In this document: positions 61,756 through 64,000 of the stretch, in pieces
Layout of the letters: each line of letters opens with the position of its first letter
Numbering within the stretch: position 1 is the stretch's first letter
Assembly (NCBI GenBank): GCA_030167145.1
Contig: CP126532.1
Coordinates: 1,857,052-1,921,051 of the forward strand
Length of the DNA stretch: 64,000 bases
Direction: 5' to 3'
Source of the DNA: Ktedonobacterales bacterium
GTDB lineage: Bacteria > Chloroflexota > Ktedonobacteria > Ktedonobacterales > JADMIN01
The notes under the pieces: generated by a model
Database searches by the model: none
What the model saw: the letters and a program-made list of their open reading frames with translations, nothing else
Told to the model about the DNA's origin: nothing
Program-made: the position numbers and the translations under genes

Positions 61756-62514
61756 TTACGCGAGTTGGTCGGTGTCGCCGGGGCGACGGCTGCGCTCGAA
61801 GTGGTAGCAGACTTCGGTGAAGAGCGCAAAACGCGCTTTCTCCTCGTCGCCGCGCTGCTCGTAGCGCTTCGCGCGTTTGATCGCGTCGCGATAGTAGCGC
61901 TTGTCGGTCTTGTGATACTCTACCAGCTCCTGGCAGATGCCCGCGCGGGGTCCGCCGCTCACCACGCGCCAGATGCGGGTGAAGAAGCCCACCCGCGCTA
62001 CCGGCTGCGTCGGCACGGTTTCGCGGTCGGGGAGCACTTCGTGGCGGAGGCGCAGAACCTGGCGCTCGACTTTGCGGCGTTCCAGCCACTTCGTCACGGA
62101 CTGGCCGCGTTGGGCGGTGGCCATGCCGTAGAGCTTGAGCGCCTCATCGGCGTGACGGTAGCGCGCCCAGAGCAGCGCCCGCTGGGCGCTGGCCGCTTTG
62201 CCCTGGCGACGATAGCGCTTGGCCTCGCCGAGGCTGGAATGGCTGTTGTCATACTCACCACGCACAAGCCGCGCATAGTAGGCCGCGAAGGTCATGCCTT
62301 CGGGCAGCGTTTCGTCGGTCTCACCGCCGCCACGCAGCGCGGACTCCACCCACTCGCGCGCTGTCGCAGCGCCCTCGCGCAGCCGCTGGGGCGCGCGCAT
62401 CTGCACGGCGTATGGCCCGAACGCCTTCGCCATGCCAGCGATGCCGATTCCTGCCGCAATGGGCAGGATGCTCTTCTTTGTGAGACGCATTGTCTTGCCC
62501 TTTCTTCTCATCAT
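61756..62514 (-). CDS. Hypothetical membrane-anchored, highly charged helical protein
   Basis: N-terminal TM segment (SILPIAAGIGIAGMAKAF); the rest is rich in R/K/E. The start is at 62514 or 62490. No recognisable domain. Confidence 0.55.
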   Translation of the reverse strand: MMRRKGKTMRLTKKSILPIAAGIGIAGMAKAFGPYAVQMRAPQRLREGAATAREWVESALRGGGETDETLPEGMTFAAYYARLVRGEYDNSHSSLGEAKRYRRQGKAASAQRALLWARYRHADEALKLYGMATAQRGQSVTKWLERRKVERQVLRLRHEVLPDRETVPTQPVARVGFFTRIWRVVSGGPRAGICQELVEYHKTDKRYYRDAIKRAKRYEQRGDEEKARFALFTEVCYHFERSRRPGDTDQLA

Positions 62515-62753
62515 CGGTCTAGATCACCGGTCTAGATCCCACCGCACTACGTTCAGAAATCGTGCGCTGACGGACGCCCACCACGCGACCCGATCATGCG
62601 CACGATACTACGCGACCCCCTCCCCACCACTGCATCGTAAAACATTATCTTTGCGATTGTCAAGACTAGATACAAAACTGCATCAAATTCGATTTGCTGA
62701 CGTTTTGACAGTGTGGCTCTGGCAGGTACGGAGACAAGCGATGGGGTTGGGCG

Positions 62754-63080
62754 CTATGGCTTGCAGACCAGTGTATTCGCGGGAAGGAAATAGGGCGCGA
62801 GCAGATACGTCACCTGACCAAATGGCTTTTGGTCGCGTGCGGGAAGCACCACGAGCGCCAGTTTGCAGGCATCAATGAACGGCAGCCCGGCGGCCTGCGG
62901 ATGGCCGAACGGCCAGAGGTCCATCTGTTCGAGGGTTTGCAGCCCGGCAGCCACCTTGCCGGCATCGCCCCACTGGTCGAATCCAGCGGCATAGAGGGCG
63001 TCACCCCATTCCTTGAGTGTCTTCCGTTGCAACGCACGCCAACCCGCAAGCTCCGCGCCCAGGCCCAGAATATATACCAT
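62754..63080 (-). CDS. Small hypothetical protein
   Basis: ATG at 63080 (MVYILGLGAELAGW). 108 aa. It lies downstream of, and on the same strand as, the XRE-like gene. Confidence 0.45.
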   Translation of the reverse strand: MVYILGLGAELAGWRALQRKTLKEWGDALYAAGFDQWGDAGKVAAGLQTLEQMDLWPFGHPQAAGLPFIDACKLALVVLPARDQKPFGQVTYLLAPYFLPANTLVCKP

Positions 63081-63232
63081 GTGGCGTCTTCTCCAGTGAG
63101 GGCCGCAGGATTGCGACCTGCTGGTGAAGAGCATACCGGACCGCAAGGCATGGCGTCAAGCGTGATGGTGCGCGTGCGCTTTAGCTCGCGGCGTGTGGCT
63201 ACCTGGGCGTGTAACACAGCGAGAGAGCGCCT

Positions 63233-63745
63233 TCACTGGCGAGGGTCCGCGTGGGACGACGCGAGCCGCAGCGCCTCCGCGCCGCGCGGAACCATGGCTG
63301 CCGCTAGCTCCGGCCCGGCATGGCGAGCCAGTAAGTCATAGGCGTATTGCTGCCGCAGCAGGACGCGGTATTTGTCTGCTGGGCCGATGGCGAGACATTG
63401 ACTGATCGCGTCGAGGAAGATCTCTGGGTCTTTGGGGAGCGTCTTGCCGGATTCGAGCAGGCTGTAGGATCCACTGGTCATGCTGGGATAGCCGCAGTCG
63501 GTGAGACAATCTATCAATGAGAGCGCGGTGAGCGTAATTTTGGGGGCGCCAGGACGGTTCTGTCCGGTTCGTTCGCCATAGGTGACCCGCAGATAGCGTA
63601 AGAGTTCGCCAAAACTCTGAAAGTCTTCCTGGCCGACAAAGGGCGCCAATGGTGTCGCATCGTTTGCTCTGCTGCTGGTTATGCCCCGTGTGTAGGTGCG
63701 CTTGTCTGATTCGGGCGCATTGGGGGGATGTCGCGGGGTAGCCAT
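63233..63745 (-). CDS. XRE-family helix-turn-helix protein
   Basis: FGELLRYLRVTYGERTG...ITLTALSLIDCLTDCGYPSMTSGSYSLLESGKTLP resembles an HTH_XRE domain with an insertion. Confidence 0.6.
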   Translation of the reverse strand: MATPRHPPNAPESDKRTYTRGITSSRANDATPLAPFVGQEDFQSFGELLRYLRVTYGERTGQNRPGAPKITLTALSLIDCLTDCGYPSMTSGSYSLLESGKTLPKDPEIFLDAISQCLAIGPADKYRVLLRQQYAYDLLARHAGPELAAAMVPRGAEALRLASSHADPRQ

Positions 63746-64000
63746 GGCTCATGCTCCTATGCTGTGTGTCGCGCGCGGCGACGGCAAAATGTGCGCTTGG
63801 ATATCAGAGGGGTGATGTGAGTTCCGTTTGACTAGGGGTGGTGCGGAAGAGTCAAAAGGCGCATCGTTGGGGGATGAGCGTCGCGCCTGCTATTCGTCGT
63901 ATTCGCTGCGCTCGCGTGTTCGTGCCAAACCGGATCTGAGCCGTCGCTTGTCTGCATACAACAGTGGTTGGCGCCACAGTGAAACCAGTGACGCAGTGGC

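Overview
High-GC bacterial chromosome, probably Chloroflexota-like (inference from gene content and repeat style only). About 55 genes are called. I saw no rRNA, tRNA or CRISPR array. The main feature is a ~21 kb minus-strand BREX phage-defence operon at 40.5-61.4 kb with a non-canonical layout: brxA-brxB, a full-length pglX, a DUF559 nuclease-fold gene, brxC, a HEPN-like gene, a second pglX split into two ORFs around a small basic ORF, then pglZ-brxL. This locus alone carries at least 16 copies of a ~45-48 bp palindromic element. The copies sit in-frame inside both pglX paralogs and form inverted tandem arrays flanking the DUF559 gene. Other notable items are two TIR-domain proteins (TIR-TPR, and TIR-TM-beta-propeller), an ECF sigma factor translationally coupled to an MGMT/Ada-Zn fusion beside a solo TnpB element, and a hicAB pair. 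There is also an ArsR-CDF metal operon and a TetR/ABC module with a perfect operator palindrome. A canonical Asp-specific T-box leader lies upstream of aspS, and its terminator-to-start spacer is expanded by a mosaic intergenic repeat. The remaining genes are housekeeping (rsmD, dps, thiL, queA-like, type III PKS, Mo-oxidoreductase). All calls rest on reading the translations and DNA by eye; no searches were run.
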